Assembly: GCA_026023565.1 (NCBI GenBank)
Contig: JAPETS010000003.1
Location: 372,001-436,000 of the forward strand
Direction of reading: 5' to 3'
From: Cirrosporium novae-zelandiae
Lineage: Eukaryota
DNA length: 64,000 nucleotides
The notes under the pieces were generated by a model. It ran no database searches, was not told where the DNA came from, and saw only the letters and a list, made by a program, of their open reading frames with translations. The translations under genes were made by a program, and so were the position numbers. The number at the start of each line of letters is the position of its first letter. Position 1 is the stretch's first letter. Positions 10,812 through 23,327 of this stretch are shown in pieces.

Positions 10812-11466
10812 ATGGCAAAAGTTCCAAAACCAAAGGTTGAACAGCGGTGTAAGTCAAAATAGATCTCCCTGTTAATTTGTACCATGTTGAAAATTGAAAA
10901 CTAACATCATTATCTAGCAAAGTCCATCCATTCTAGAGCAGCCCGCCGCGCTGGTTCTCCTTCTCTTGGTGTTAACAAGTCGCAACGGTCTTTGGAAGCG
11001 CCAGAAGACTCTGCAGCTGTTCGCCCTCATGTCCTCGCCGCGCACCATGGCGATGCTATCAAAAAGAAGAAATCCAAGCGTGAGACCCGACAACAGCGTT
11101 TACGCCGCGAAAAGGGCTTAGAGAGAGCCGAGATAGTCATGGACCAGCTAGAAAAAAAAGTCGCCAAAAGCGTTGTAAAAGAAAAGACGATAAAAGCAAG
11201 GAGGGTATGTTTCTACCCTAATCCTACACTATTATCTATTAGATATACTAATAACTAAAAAGGCGAATTGGCAAGAGCTTAACGGAACTACTAGGCTGCA
11301 TAAGAAGCACTCGAAATCTACAGATATCGAGGACATGCAGTGGGAAGAGGATGATGCTGTAACAGAGCCTGCTCGGGAAATCGCGCATACAGACATATCC
11401 CTACCATTGAAATCTCAAGCTGCAACCACAGCTCCAGAAGCAGGAGACATAGACGAAATCGAGTAA
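10812..11466 (+). CDS. ALB1: Alb1-family 60S ribosome biogenesis factor; 3 exons
   Basis: MAKVPKPK.../SIHSRAARRAGSPS...RQQRLRREKGLERAEIVMDQLEKKVAKSVVKEKTIKARR/GEWQELN, the pattern of fungal Alb1 proteins; two GT-AG introns. Confidence 0.75.
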
Positions 11467-11597
11467 ACCTTTACGCCTAAAAACCTTCATCGGTCCTAGG
11501 TTGAACCATAAAATTATCGCTCGCCATCTCTATATATACCCGACTGCATATGGCTGCGCACTGCATTACCCGACATCGAAGTCATCTGGTGTAAAGT

Positions 11598-14411
11598 TCA
11601 CCTCTTAGGCTTTAACTGATTGATCATGCGCTCGATCTCAATGGCTGCACTGCCCGATGCTCGACCTTTCAACATCTCCAGGCTTGCCATATCTTTTGCT
11701 TTCAGCGCTTCTTCACCAGCCTTTGCCATCAATCCACACTTCATCCACATCTCAATTCTCTCTGCGGGTGTCAGATGAGTACATTTCGGGATATAGCTAG
11801 AAGCAAGCTTCGTGTTGCCAGCGCCAAGGACTTCGTTGAAGAAAGGCTAGACAACATATCAGTATAACCCTTAGTGGTTAGATAGCATACAAAGCATTAT
11901 TGGGGATTCTTACCTCCCATCCAATAGGGGATTTTCGCATTCGACTACTCTCCTCCAACTCACCCCAATCTCTCTTCGCGACTAGAGCCCTAAGCTTTAT
12001 CCACCAAAATGTCTTTTCTGGTACCTTGAATTCACTTTGCACCTTTTGGGCTCTCTTGCTATAACCTGTTCTTATTAGTTTGAACATGGTCTCATTGACA
12101 CTCAGGCCGGTGAAGGTATTTCCGTCACTGATATCCTTGTCAAATGCTTCTTGCATTTTAAGGAGCACCTGCGCTTCTGAGAGGTTCTTCTGATGGAACA
12201 CAGCGACCGGATCCTTGGAGTCGGAGAGAACTTTAGCTGCCAGGCGTAATTTATCAGTCTTTGTCTGAAGGGTGTCCTGTCCCATAGCTTCGCCGAACAG
12301 GAGATCCGAGCCGTCTATACGGCGATCATCCTGGTAGTATAGATCTTTCAATAGCTCAAAATCTTCAGCTTTGGCAGAAGATTCGACGAGGGCAGTGGCA
12401 ACCGGTCGACTGTTTATGACTCGGAAAAAGCTTGCCAAGGGTAACTTCTTCTTTAGCTGTAATAGAACGAAGAAAACAAGATCAGTGTCCCCGCTTTGAA
12501 TGGCTTTATCTAGAGCATTTTCGTCTTCCTCCATCTCTAGAAGCAAAGGAACTTGTTTGCCTGCTCGTGGCTCCGAATTAAGAAGTTCTGTAGCAAGTCG
12601 CATTCGTCCTTCATCGTAAGCTGCTCGAGCAATTGATTCAAAGGAGACACCTTGTTTTCCAGAGATCCTCTGTACAATAATACTGGATATAGTTTCATCA
12701 TCAGTAGTGGATGCTCGTACTTTCTGGCAAGCCCAGTGTACATATATCCCATCAGTAGGTTTACGAAGATACTCGGATACTCGAATAGCAAGCAGGTATT
12801 CGCGGCGATTGACTAGGCGAGCAATGAGCTTTTCTGGAGCCAATCTCAAGTATTGCCGATAGGAAACCGGTAAGCCTATTCGATAATCTCGAACAGCGTT
12901 TAATACTCTGAGGTTTTCGCACATTTCAACAAATTCGTCACTGTTGTAAACTTCCAACGCTGACTTGCCGAAAGAAGCCGCTTTCATAAGCTGTTTCTGC
13001 CAATGTGCAGTAAATTCATAACCGGCAGCCCGTGTACAAGCATCAACAGCGTCGGCGAGAGAGGGGCGAATAAGTTGAATGTTATCATTTGCCTTTGGCG
13101 ACTTTCTTTCTAGTTGCTCAACCGTGTCAAGAAGCACGGCTGATGGTTCTGTTGACCCAACCCTAAATACGTCCTTTGTGACATCTAATAATCATTAGTT
13201 GTAGATACTTGACTTTGTAGCCGCCTAAAACATACCTGGGACTTTTTGTAAAAACTCGCATACATCATTAGTGAGTAGTCGAACCCCGTCAATATCTGGT
13301 ATTAGATGAACGTGGCTATCGAAAAAGTATCTTTGGTAACGTTAGTTAACCCCGGTCATAACTTATCCTAAGGGCAGCTTACTTTTCAGCAGCCCCGCTG
13401 GCAACATCGACTACATGGATTTCGTCTTCCCAGGCTAATACAATAGCATCATCCCCGCACCATTGGACATCCTTTGGGATCGTCCTAGCCCGTGAGGAAT
13501 ATTCGGTCAGTTTCAATTGGAAATCATAGCTCACGACCCACACCGTCCCATCTTCAGTATAAAGTGCAATAGAATGGCCGTCCGGAGATACGCTGACATG
13601 CCTAAACGGGCCATTTTGTAAGACACGGTCTTCCGCTTCAGAAGCGTCGATGACATAGATGGTCTGGTCGACAGCAAGGAGGACCTCAACGGAGCGCGAA
13701 AGGGTATATCTAGGAGGTATAATTGCCCAGCTATGTATCTGTCCTTCGGGTGGGGTTTCTAGCAATTTCGGTCGAGGTTCGTCGTAATTCGAAACTTGTA
13801 CGAGACGCTGATTGGCCAACTTTGCGACAAATCCGGATGACCAGAACCGGCAGGACTCAACTCCAACTTCTTCCGCTTCCTGGTGATCGCAATAAATGAG
13901 TATATATCGGTATGATTAGGGTGTTGCACTCACACTACCGAGAGAAAACTGTGTAAAGTCCCCTTGAAGATCATAATAGCATCGAACGTTTCCATCTTGA
14001 GTGACCACGAGTAGTTTCTCATCTTCCGACCATCCCAAGCCTCGAATTGACCCTTTGTCCCACTTTAGACGTCAGTATATTCCATGCGACCGATAGTTTA
14101 GGCAACGGACATTTATCTCTCGAATTAACTTTCCGGCGCAACTATAAATGTCGATACTTGATTTAGAAGATCTGACGCCCCGGTATGCGTATAGTTTGTC
14201 TTCATCGCGGTAGAGTGCTAGAGCCTGGTCAGACTGTGGACTTTGTAAGGGTTACGCGCGACTAACCTACAGCTCCGCCATATGGAGCCCCAACAACAAC
14301 ATAGTTCTCTAGCTCCAAGTCCTGGTCAAATACTCCATCGTAGAGGCGTACCTTTCGATAAAACCGGTCACCAATCTTATCCCAGCCTGCAGTTGGACCA
14401 AAAGTCGTCAT
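11598..14411 (-). CDS. VPS16: Vacuolar protein sorting protein 16 (HOPS/CORVET subunit), multi-exon
   Basis: N-terminus PTAGWDKIGDRFYRK...GAPYGGAV; WQKQLMKAASFGKS, LRVLNAVR, QVPLLLEMEED..ALDKAIQSGDTDLV, FKVPEKTFWWIKLRAL, KSPIGWEPF. Confidence 0.95.
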
Positions 14412-14643
14412 AATGGGTTTTCCATAGCAACTAGGAAGGTATGCTATTTTGTAAATGACAAGGAAGCTCTAGCGCTGGAGGAGCCTTTGAATCAAGCTGT
14501 GGTCCAAGCTTGCGGGAGATCAGCCATCCACTCAACCCCCGAACTTTAACTTCACAACCGCCAGTGTACATGCTACGGTCAAGCCTCCAGCTCTTTCTCA
14601 AGCCGCTTTCCTTTCTACACCTCTGCAAGAACCAAATCCCATA

Positions 14644-16412
14644 ATGGCAACACAAGATATTGCAGAGGTTGCTCGTCAATTGACTGATCTCGAATTAGCA
14701 GTTCTCCTAAGTCTTGTTGCCAAGGAACATTGTATTATTCAAACCGAGGACGGCCTACTCAACGAATTGCAAGCGGAGTTGGAACTAGTAAGCCAATACC
14801 TTTTGGCACAACATCACCCGCATTGACTTTGGTGATAGATTGTATCGAATATATTTGGTCTGAACTATACAGCTCTTGATTGTTCTGAAGATATGGCCTT
14901 GGGCGATTTTGCCGCCGGTATTCTGATGCCGTGTGAAAAAGAAAGGTCTAACATGGGCTCCAAGAGAGCCCCTTCCGAAGATGTAATGCCCCTATTTCTA
15001 TTTCTCTTGCTCTTTTTCTTTCCATAAATTTATGATTCGTTTCCTTGGTGTCAGCTTTTATAGTTCTGAATGGAGTTTCTATCTCCATCTTTATCCTGCC
15101 ACGTTTTATTTCTCCACTTTTCTCCACAATGTTTGTTTGTAAGACATAGATTGCTATAGAATGACCGCCTTTTTATTCTTCCTTTGAAGTTGCCCCTGGA
15201 TAGTACTGTTTTCCATTTTAACTTCCTAGAACCGAGTTTCCTAGTTTCATGTACTCCTATCGCGATGAGACTACCCCACTCGATCTATCCAAATAGCTTG
15301 TTCAAAGTAACCTGGCCTTAATTAGAACATACATATTAGTCCCTCTACGCTTAGTACTAAATACTAATTACTTTCTATCTCAACAGGGTTTCCGTTCCCA
15401 GTCCCGACCTTCTTATTTTAGGTCCATATCTCGACCACGCATTCCTGACTCGCCTTTAGATGAACGAAAAATTGTTAATGTAGTTATTGCAAAGCATTTT
15501 AATTACGCTAGTACTCAGATTCAAATACAAGTCCTAGATGTGAGATGGTTCCAGAAAACCCAATCCGGCGAAGATACTGAAAATGACTCAGCTCATTCGG
15601 TCGAAACGCATATTCACTCGAACCGCTTATTACACTGCTCCCAAAACTTTTCTGTTTATCTGTCTTTACTCATCGGACGCTGAAGGACCCACTTTAAACA
15701 AGCATCTTGTACTTATTTTTCTTCCGTTGAGTTGTTTGATAGCTAACCTGGGTAGAATGACCATATCTTCGTCTCTCATCTCCATACAGCCGATGATGGC
15801 TTTCCAAACCTCGAGGAAAGCTCGGACTGGATCGCTGATGATCGAACACCAGGTTCTTCTTCAACATTGTGGAGATCTGGATTCCGCCAAGCAAGTGCGA
15901 AGGATCCGCTTATTTCTGAGATGGTATTTGAATGCCAAATAACTCATTGAACATACTAATAAAATACGTAGGACATTATATCTGTTGTGAAACTAAGTGA
16001 GAAAATCATTGTCAGTGCAGAAGTAAAGCGCTATCTTCACAACATTGCGATTTTTCTTCGACTTCATCGCGCTGTTGAGGGTGGGGTCTCGGCTCGAAGT
16101 ACAGAGCATTTTGATTTACTTGCACGGTATAACCCTTTCCACATCTTCTGAGCTTCAAATTCCAAAGTATTATAACACTAACCTGCATCTAGTTGCTTGG
16201 CACCATTGCATTCCCTTGATTTTGTCACCCCATCCCTTGTCAAACTCGCAGCACGGAAAGTATATCCCCACAGGATCAGAGTCACAACACCTGAATATGA
16301 GAGAAGCATGCAATATGGCAGCGAGCTGCAAGCCGTTGCTTCCTTCCTAGACGGCATAGCGCCCACGGACATTATCGAAGATGTCCTATCCTCTGTTGAA
16401 GTGCCGCTGTGA
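14644..16412 (+). CDS. Mtc2-like / degenerate MoxR-magnesium-chelatase-like AAA protein, multi-exon
   Basis: QLTDLELAVLLSLVAKEHCII; IVNVVIAK..QIQVL; EVKRYLHNIAIFLRLHRAVEGGVS; LAPLHSLDFVTPSLVKLAARKVYPHRI...ERSMQYGS; ends VEVPL*. Several GT-AG introns, including one of about 400 nt. Confidence 0.7.
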
Positions 16413-17269
16413 GATAAGAGATCAGAGGACTATCAAGTAACGCATGGTGCTGCTTGAATGTCATCCCTATAAAGACTATAAAGATGCCGACGTGTCTATT
16501 GTAGCCATGTATTGGCCTCCCAAACAGTGCTTCTTGCAGTGTTCCCAAAACACATAACTCCATAGACAGCGACAAGACTGGATCCGCCAATATTGACAAG
16601 CTTCATTCCATTCCGTATGTTTAGGTCAATGGTATTAAGTGAGAAGATAGGGACACTGGACATCTATCAGGAGCAGAAAACTGACGTCGTGCGCGGCCGA
16701 GATGATGTTGGACATAGTTATGGGTAGATTAGATGCAGTAGTAGCTTGGATCCTCCGATTCTTGCACATTCCGCCGATTAAGAAATAGGAAAGTATGAGA
16801 TACAAGAATATGAACCCGTGAACTTAAATGACAACCGCTATCTTTTGTCCTGGGCGGAAATCTTAGTATGTGTGAGGAAAACGTCGCTAGATGCATTGGT
16901 AGCTAAGATGATCGTATAAAGTCAGTTTAGCAGAGAAGGGGGTCATGGTATTCCATACACACGCGTCCATTATTTGCCTTCGCGGCAAATCAAGAAAGAC
17001 GGAAAAAGGAATCTCACGTGTTCGAAAAAGTCAAGAGTTCAGCTTAAGTCCTGCATTCTCGAAGACCACATGTATCCTATGAAATCTCCGCAATACATAT
17101 GCTGTCCTCAGGAAACTAGCAGTGTCGAGAACTTATCGAGAGGTATGGTGAGCAACAGCCAAGGGGTGGAGGAATTCATGGAACCCCAAAAGGGACTCCA
17201 GTGCTGGGTTGGGTGGTGAGTGAGTGGTCTTTGACATACACCTAGAGCAAAAAAAAAGAATATCAACTC

Positions 17270-17360
17270 GGGACCATCCCGGATTCGAACCCTTAGCTTG
17301 TTTGAGGAAGCAAAAAGCTCCCTGGGCCCAATAGCACGTTACCATTAGGTATCCAGTTCC
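17270..17360 (-). pseudogene. Degenerate tRNA-like / Pol III element
   Basis: Minus strand: A-box-like TACCTAATGGTAAC, B-box GGTTCGAATCC, imperfect acceptor pairing GGAACTG/TGGTCCC and a T-run about 10 nt downstream. T-stem and anticodon stem do not pair properly. Confidence 0.4.
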
Positions 17361-19295
17361 GAAAACCAGCACTATCCTCCAGCATCCTTAACCCATCGGC
17401 TAAGTCTACTGTGGATCTACGAGGTTTTACAATCTGCAGTATCCGCCCGAAGGCTCGACAGTGTTGATGGAATTGCATATTATATACCCTCTCGCTAGTG
17501 CCTCCTGCTAGCACCTATGCCCTCAGCTAAGGAATAGTTTGAGCTAGCTTGCCTCATCCCCTCCCACAATCCTACTGCCATATCCTATCCCCATAATCCT
17601 ATCTCCATTATCCTATCTCGTCCATGTTCTTCTTGATGCTACCAACCTTCTTTTACATTCAACATCATTCCTCGGTCACTATTCTTGTTACCATATCACC
17701 TCATACAACAAACACATAGCTTCACTCCACGTAGAAGCTTTTTTAGTATACCAAGTCCAAATGCCCCATACTAGTTTAATAACTCTGAACATCAAACCTA
17801 TCGAAACTGCATGTTGAACATATCATCCCTACCATATTTGATATTATATCTTAACAATCTACTTTTTACAGGTGGAGGTAAAAGCGACCAGACATAAACG
17901 AGCTCCTCACATCAGCCTTTGAGATCTTTAAGCAAACCGGATTATAATTCAAACCTGTCTTTATTATTTTGAGAACCCATTTTGTTTGGAAGCTTTTCCA
18001 AGGTCTGATCTCTTTTATCCATTTCTACCCACCAGCAACAAGATACTACTTATTTACAAATCTAGGATATCCTATTAACTCTTACTTACCTCACCAACAT
18101 ATCCTTTACCACTAACCACCAACCACCCCCTCATTTCCTCATTCAAAAGCTTTATGTTCTTTCATCTCCAACAGCCAACTAAGCCCAAGAATACTGATCT
18201 CAGCTAGATGAGCCACGAAATCCAAGGTCACATACCAAGGAAAGGAGGTATTCACGCAAACCCTTCATCAAGTCATCAAATCAGCTTTCATTCCTCACTA
18301 TACCCTCACATCACAACAAGCTTACCTCGATTGATTTAATACCGATCGAGTCTGCATATGAGAAGGACACACAGGCTCTCCTTATTAGCTCACTTATAAT
18401 ACACATATGAAGTACTCCTATGCTCGCATAGAACGATTCTGTTTGCCGAACCCCAAAGCAACGAGGTTCTCAACCTTTCCTTGTACACAAATCGCCTTCA
18501 TTACGTACACCTAAAGCCAGCCAGCCAGCTGACAGTAAAATCAGCCTTTTCATTTTACATAGTAGTTTAACATCTAGCCCCTGGGGAGGAAAGGGCGACA
18601 TTCCTGCACATCAAATAGCCCCCGGCCCCTCTACCCCAATGTAAACGAAACTCGAACCTAAGATCAAATATATATAACTTCAATATGCTATCAAACCCAT
18701 ACATACATGCATACCCCCTTCAAGGGAAAGTGAGACAGAATGGCTAACTTACTTACTCAACAATGTAATCAAACAATCTCCCTTCCAGGGATAAGATATT
18801 AGAAAGTAATCAATTACACGAACATTAGTCATTCAATAAAAAAGAACCTAGATCTAAGAGAGGGAGGAGGGGGACTCGAAATAAAAAAAGATATAAGGTA
18901 CCCAAAACCCTAGTTTCCTAATCCATACTCCCCCTTAGAAATTATCATACAGCTAGAGCTAGATATAGCTGTAGCAATGCAATTGACTCAATTTACCTTT
19001 CCAAATTAAAAACGCATTATGCAAATATATAATATAATATAATTACATCCTAATTAGACTCTGTTTTTTTTTGTGGAATATTAGATCTTGGATCTCATAG
19101 CATACATAACATCTCCGTTCCGTTCCCCCGACCACCACTGCGATCTAATTACGAATTTTGTTAAAGTTTGTTTTTATCTAGCCCCATTTTATTTTTATGT
19201 TCAAGGGCTAGATAATTAGGATCTAAGGGTTCAATGGAATACTATTACTCTAGGATGTAGGGGGGGCTAGAATACGTTTATTCAGTGGGTAGCTT

Positions 19296-19542
19296 ACTTT
19301 CGACGGGTAGAAATGAAAGCGGCCAGACCAAACCAAAATTTAGAACCAGAAATGTGATGATCCCGAGGGAGGTCTTGAAAAAAATTAGATTTCAATAACA
19401 AATTTATTTTTGAATGTCTCCTCCCGAGCGCCCTAAATAAAGACAAATTGATTAAAGAAATAAAAAAAAAGATTTTTGTTTGAAAGGTCTCTCTCCTTCG
19501 AGTTCATGTTGGTTTTGGTTTCGACCCGTACCCGTTGAAAGT
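19296..19542. mobile_element. MITE-like non-autonomous element (about 247 bp), copy 1
   Basis: 14-bp terminal inverted repeats ACTTTCGACGGGTA / TACCCGTTGAAAGT (1 mismatch), internal imperfect foldback, no ORF, and a homologous copy at 42444. Confidence 0.65.
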
Positions 19543-19845
19543 TATTAACGGGAGCTTAATCACGATCCGAAAGAATACATTAGCAAAGAGTTATTTATTG
19601 GTCATAACCATCCAATCAAATGTGTTTTCCCGGAGTTAAAACGAAAACATAAATATAAGCATAATTATCGAAGCTTTTAACTTCAAGTGCTGAGGTTCAA
19701 AATTATAGGTCGTCATTGTTCTTTGTCCTGTTCCATTCTCTCTACTCCTAAATAGTTTTATCTTTACACCACTACACTCGCTTCATTAACTTTACCTAAT
19801 ATATCATTAAAGTTAGCCCTGTTTTCTACCTGCGATCTATTCAGC

Positions 19846-20094
19846 TCAGGCGAGATTACCTCTCTTCCTTGCATTTCGAGACCACAAGAAGATTATGACT
19901 GGTATAATTACAGCAAAGATCCCAACGACTATTGTAATGACCGCTTCCTTCGAAAGGCCGTGTTGTACCACTGACACAGGAACAGGAGAGGAGGGGAAAA
20001 CTTCCTGCGATATATTCGAGGTAGGCTGAGTAATATTTTGAGTGGCGATCGCTAGCGACGTGAGAGTAACTGTAGGTAAGATTAGTAGAGCCAT
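19846..20094 (-). CDS. Small single-pass membrane protein, unknown function
   Basis: 82-aa ORF: hydrophobic N-terminus, S/T/P-rich spacer, TM helix AVITIVVGIFAVIIPVIIFLW, basic tail RNARKR; TATAAA about 190 bp upstream. A possible 3' intron would move the stop to about 19764. Confidence 0.5.
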   Translation of the reverse strand: MALLILPTVTLTSLAIATQNITQPTSNISQEVFPSSPVPVSVVQHGLSKEAVITIVVGIFAVIIPVIIFLWSRNARKRGNLA

Positions 20095-20347
20095 TTAGGC
20101 GGAAGACATCGAGTGGGATGAGATTGAGGCAGGGACCTGGGGAAAGATACTGTTGAGAATCATTGCCTTTTTTTCGTGAGGAGCTTTGAATCGTTCGTGA
20201 AGATACACTGAAGTGGTTTCTGATCATAAACGCATAGTACGATTTGCAACTTACTGTTTTATATAGGATACCCAGGGTAGAGCATTTATAATTCACAGTG
20301 TCTTCACAGCAGGTACGTTAGGACTTGTAATGCTCTAGAAATGGATG

Positions 20348-20430
20348 TTAGGAACTCAGGAATTAGGAACCCAGAACTTAAGAAACTAGAGCTTAGGAAC
20401 CCAGGGACCCAGGAACTTGGGAAATGAGAA
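20348..20430. repeat. Degenerate 7-8 bp tandem repeat (TTAGGAAC/CCAGGAAC)
   Basis: ttaggaactcaggaattaggaacccagaacttaagaaactagagcttaggaacccagggacccaggaacttgggaa. Confidence 0.5.
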
Positions 20431-20962
20431 ATTGTGCAAAGAATCTAAGGAGATGGTGGGAGACAGAACCAAAAAAAACTAAGGATGAACAATATCAGCG
20501 CAGACGCTCTACCGTTAGGAATGAACAAAGCTTCCCCTTCCAAAGCCACAACGACTATTGCGATAATTGAATGGGTTTGCGTTTATGAGCTGGAGTTTCG
20601 TAAACGTTCTGCTGCCGCATCCTTGTGCAGGTAGAACCCCCATGAACCCCTCTTTTTACTGGAGTACCGATAACCCAGCTTGACGCTTGACCCACAATTC
20701 CTAACTTGTGAAACAAAACAGAAGGTAATTCGCCGCCCAGTAGCGATTCCTAAATCCCTAAAGCTCACCCTAGTAGCTTTCTAGCTTAGCAAGTTAGGAA
20801 TGGGTAATATTAGGAACTAGGGCAGCTATGAAATTTGGGGTTTTGTTTTGATCTAGTAGGACTATGTCACTGAAAAGCATAAAGATCTCTCTGACCCCCT
20901 TCTTCTTTTTGCATTTAGTTACGATACGACAATCTTGCCTAGGTTCCGCATCCAATTGCATC

Positions 20963-23327
20963 ATGGCTGAACCTCTCGGCATATACGAGCTTGTAATGTC
21001 GCATTCCCCTTCCATAGATTTTGACCTTACGGATGTCTTTAACATAGACCCCACACTCAAGTCTACAATACCGTATTTCGTTTACATAGAACACTCGGAA
21101 GAGTAAGTATCTATAACTATACCCCCTTAGAGCTCTGCCAGTATATTCTCGGCTTACATTTAACACGAACTATATCGTATTGCTATTTTGATTTAACCCT
21201 TCTATTAACAGTTTTGGTAGTGGCTCTTGCTGCTTTTCCTCGACCGGTAACGGGATTTTCGAAAAGGCAGACAATGGCAGTACTCAACCTGCTTTTAGCG
21301 TCGAGAAAACTCGCTCCCCTGATAATCTGATCGTCCGGATTCAGAGCGGAGACCTACGAAAACTCCTCTGTGAAGCCTTACAAAGAGAATGCCTCCCCGA
21401 TCCCCTCGACCTGAGAACCCTTTTCCTATATTACACGATCCTCAAGTTGTTTCTTCAAAAGAAGGAGCAGCTAGATCAGCCCATCAGAGAGTTGAGGCTC
21501 TTTGTTCGCGACTTTCTTCTCGACCGGGTCATATTCAAGAGCTTCGGGTTTGAGGACCTTTTTGAACAAGGCATTCTCTCTATTTCCCATTGGCACGATA
21601 TGCAGCGATGGTCGACGGAGAGACACCTTGATGCTTTCGATCGTATCTTCGAGTCAGTAAGATTCCATTGTGAGCGGCCTTCTCTAGATATCCACCCCAA
21701 TGGTCGTGATCCTATGATTGATTGGATGAGGCTTCTTATCCAGAGGGGTTGTATCCCTGCGGGTTCTGATCGGTCGAAGCTGAAAAGAAAGAACCAGCGC
21801 TGTAAAAAACGTATTCGACTCGAGGAAGCCCAGGCTCAAGCGCAATCTCAGCGCGAGACTCTCGGGATCAATCTGTGGCTCTCCCTTCAACGAAATTTAT
21901 CAAATCTTCAGGAACGGAGTCACGAACCGTCCGCATCCAGCAACTTTTTACAGTTCGGAAAAAGGCTAATAGATCCCCGATATGTATGGAAAAGAGGCAC
22001 ACAAGTGATTCGTCGGCTGCTTCGAAATATTCTTCCCCACAACGTAGAGGAGGTATATTGTTGCCTCCTAGTAGCCAAAGCAATGTCAGACGCAACCCTA
22101 GAAGACCGTTATGAATACGATTACGATAATGACTACAATTGCGATTATGATGATGAAGACTATTATGACGATGAAAACGATTATGATGATGATGAAGACG
22201 ACTACGATGATGAAGACAATTGGGAGACAATAAGAAAGGTATTTTGCAACGAGAATCAGTAGGTCCCACTGATATACTAGTAGCCGGCGGCTCATAGCAA
22301 TAATGGAAGCTTATCCTATCTAGATTTCTAGATGACCTCGATCGCTGGAGACTAATAGTCGAGAAAGGACACCAGCCGCTTTACGACGAGATTGCTATGG
22401 CCCTTTGGAAGAAAACTCCACGTGAAGACTCACCTTACTGTCCCACGAATAATATACATCACTTGCAAGAACTCCTTCGGGGAGTGATAAGCTCTGATAT
22501 CGCAGTAGCTGTTCCTTGGGGTCACTCAAATCAATCCCCCCCAACCTATAGAGGACATGGCGAAACGTCTTCTTATTCGCTTATAGATAACCAATACGCT
22601 CCTTGGAATACTTCACGACCATATAACGCAGGAATTGAAAATATCGACCCTAACGTTGTGATGCTGGCGGGCACGGCTGTATTTGGCGCTATCATAGCTT
22701 TTCTGTTGTGTAAGTGCATCTGGCCTGTTCTATACTAGAATTCTGACTAAATCGTTAGTGTTCTGTCATATGAGCGCTCCGTCGTCAACAGCATGGGACT
22801 TCGATGTTGCTTTTGAGCAGGCGAAGACGATTCTTAAAACATTTGACCATCACGAATTAATGTGGGCCTGGATTGTGGCACGCAACTGTATTCTACTTGC
22901 TTGCTACATTGGCCTGCAAACCTCCACCATCAACAGGTTTCCTTTGGATTTGGGCCTAAAATCCTGGGGAGATACCACGTACTGGAGCCGTGACCAACAT
23001 TTATGCCCGAATGAAGTTGATGGGAATTTATATACCCAACCAAGCCCGCCACAGAATCCTTCACCGAGTTCTGACCATACGCAGAGAACCCCAACTATCT
23101 CCGGCTCCTCATTTGGTCAAATGCCGCCACACTGTAGGATGTGCGACAAAAGTTTCTCCTCAATTAGTAGTCGGAATGAACATGAAAGGACTGGTTGTAG
23201 ACTTGCAAGAGAGAAACAGTTCAAATGTGCATATTGTGAGTATAGGTCGAAGAAGAAGCATAATCGTGATATGCATCAAAAGCGCTGGTGCAAATACAAC
23301 AATACGAGAGGAAACGAGCAGCGTTGA
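20963..23327 (+). CDS. Multi-exon protein with Asp/Tyr-rich tract and two C-terminal C2H2/C2HC-type zinc fingers
   Basis: ORF segments 20963-21102, 21221-~22238, 22324-~22708 and ~22759-23327 are joined by GT-AG introns; fingers CRMCDKSFSSISSRNEHERTGC and CAYCEYRSKKKHNRDMHQKRWC. Confidence 0.7.

Noticed and set aside
17270..17360. Functional tRNA gene (Pro-UGG or Sec)
   Set aside because: T-stem, anticodon stem and acceptor stem pair poorly; kept only as a tRNA-like relic.
20348..20430. Interstitial telomeric repeat or CRISPR-like array
   Set aside because: Units are TTAGGAAC-like rather than TTAGGG, highly degenerate and without spacers; the genome is eukaryotic.
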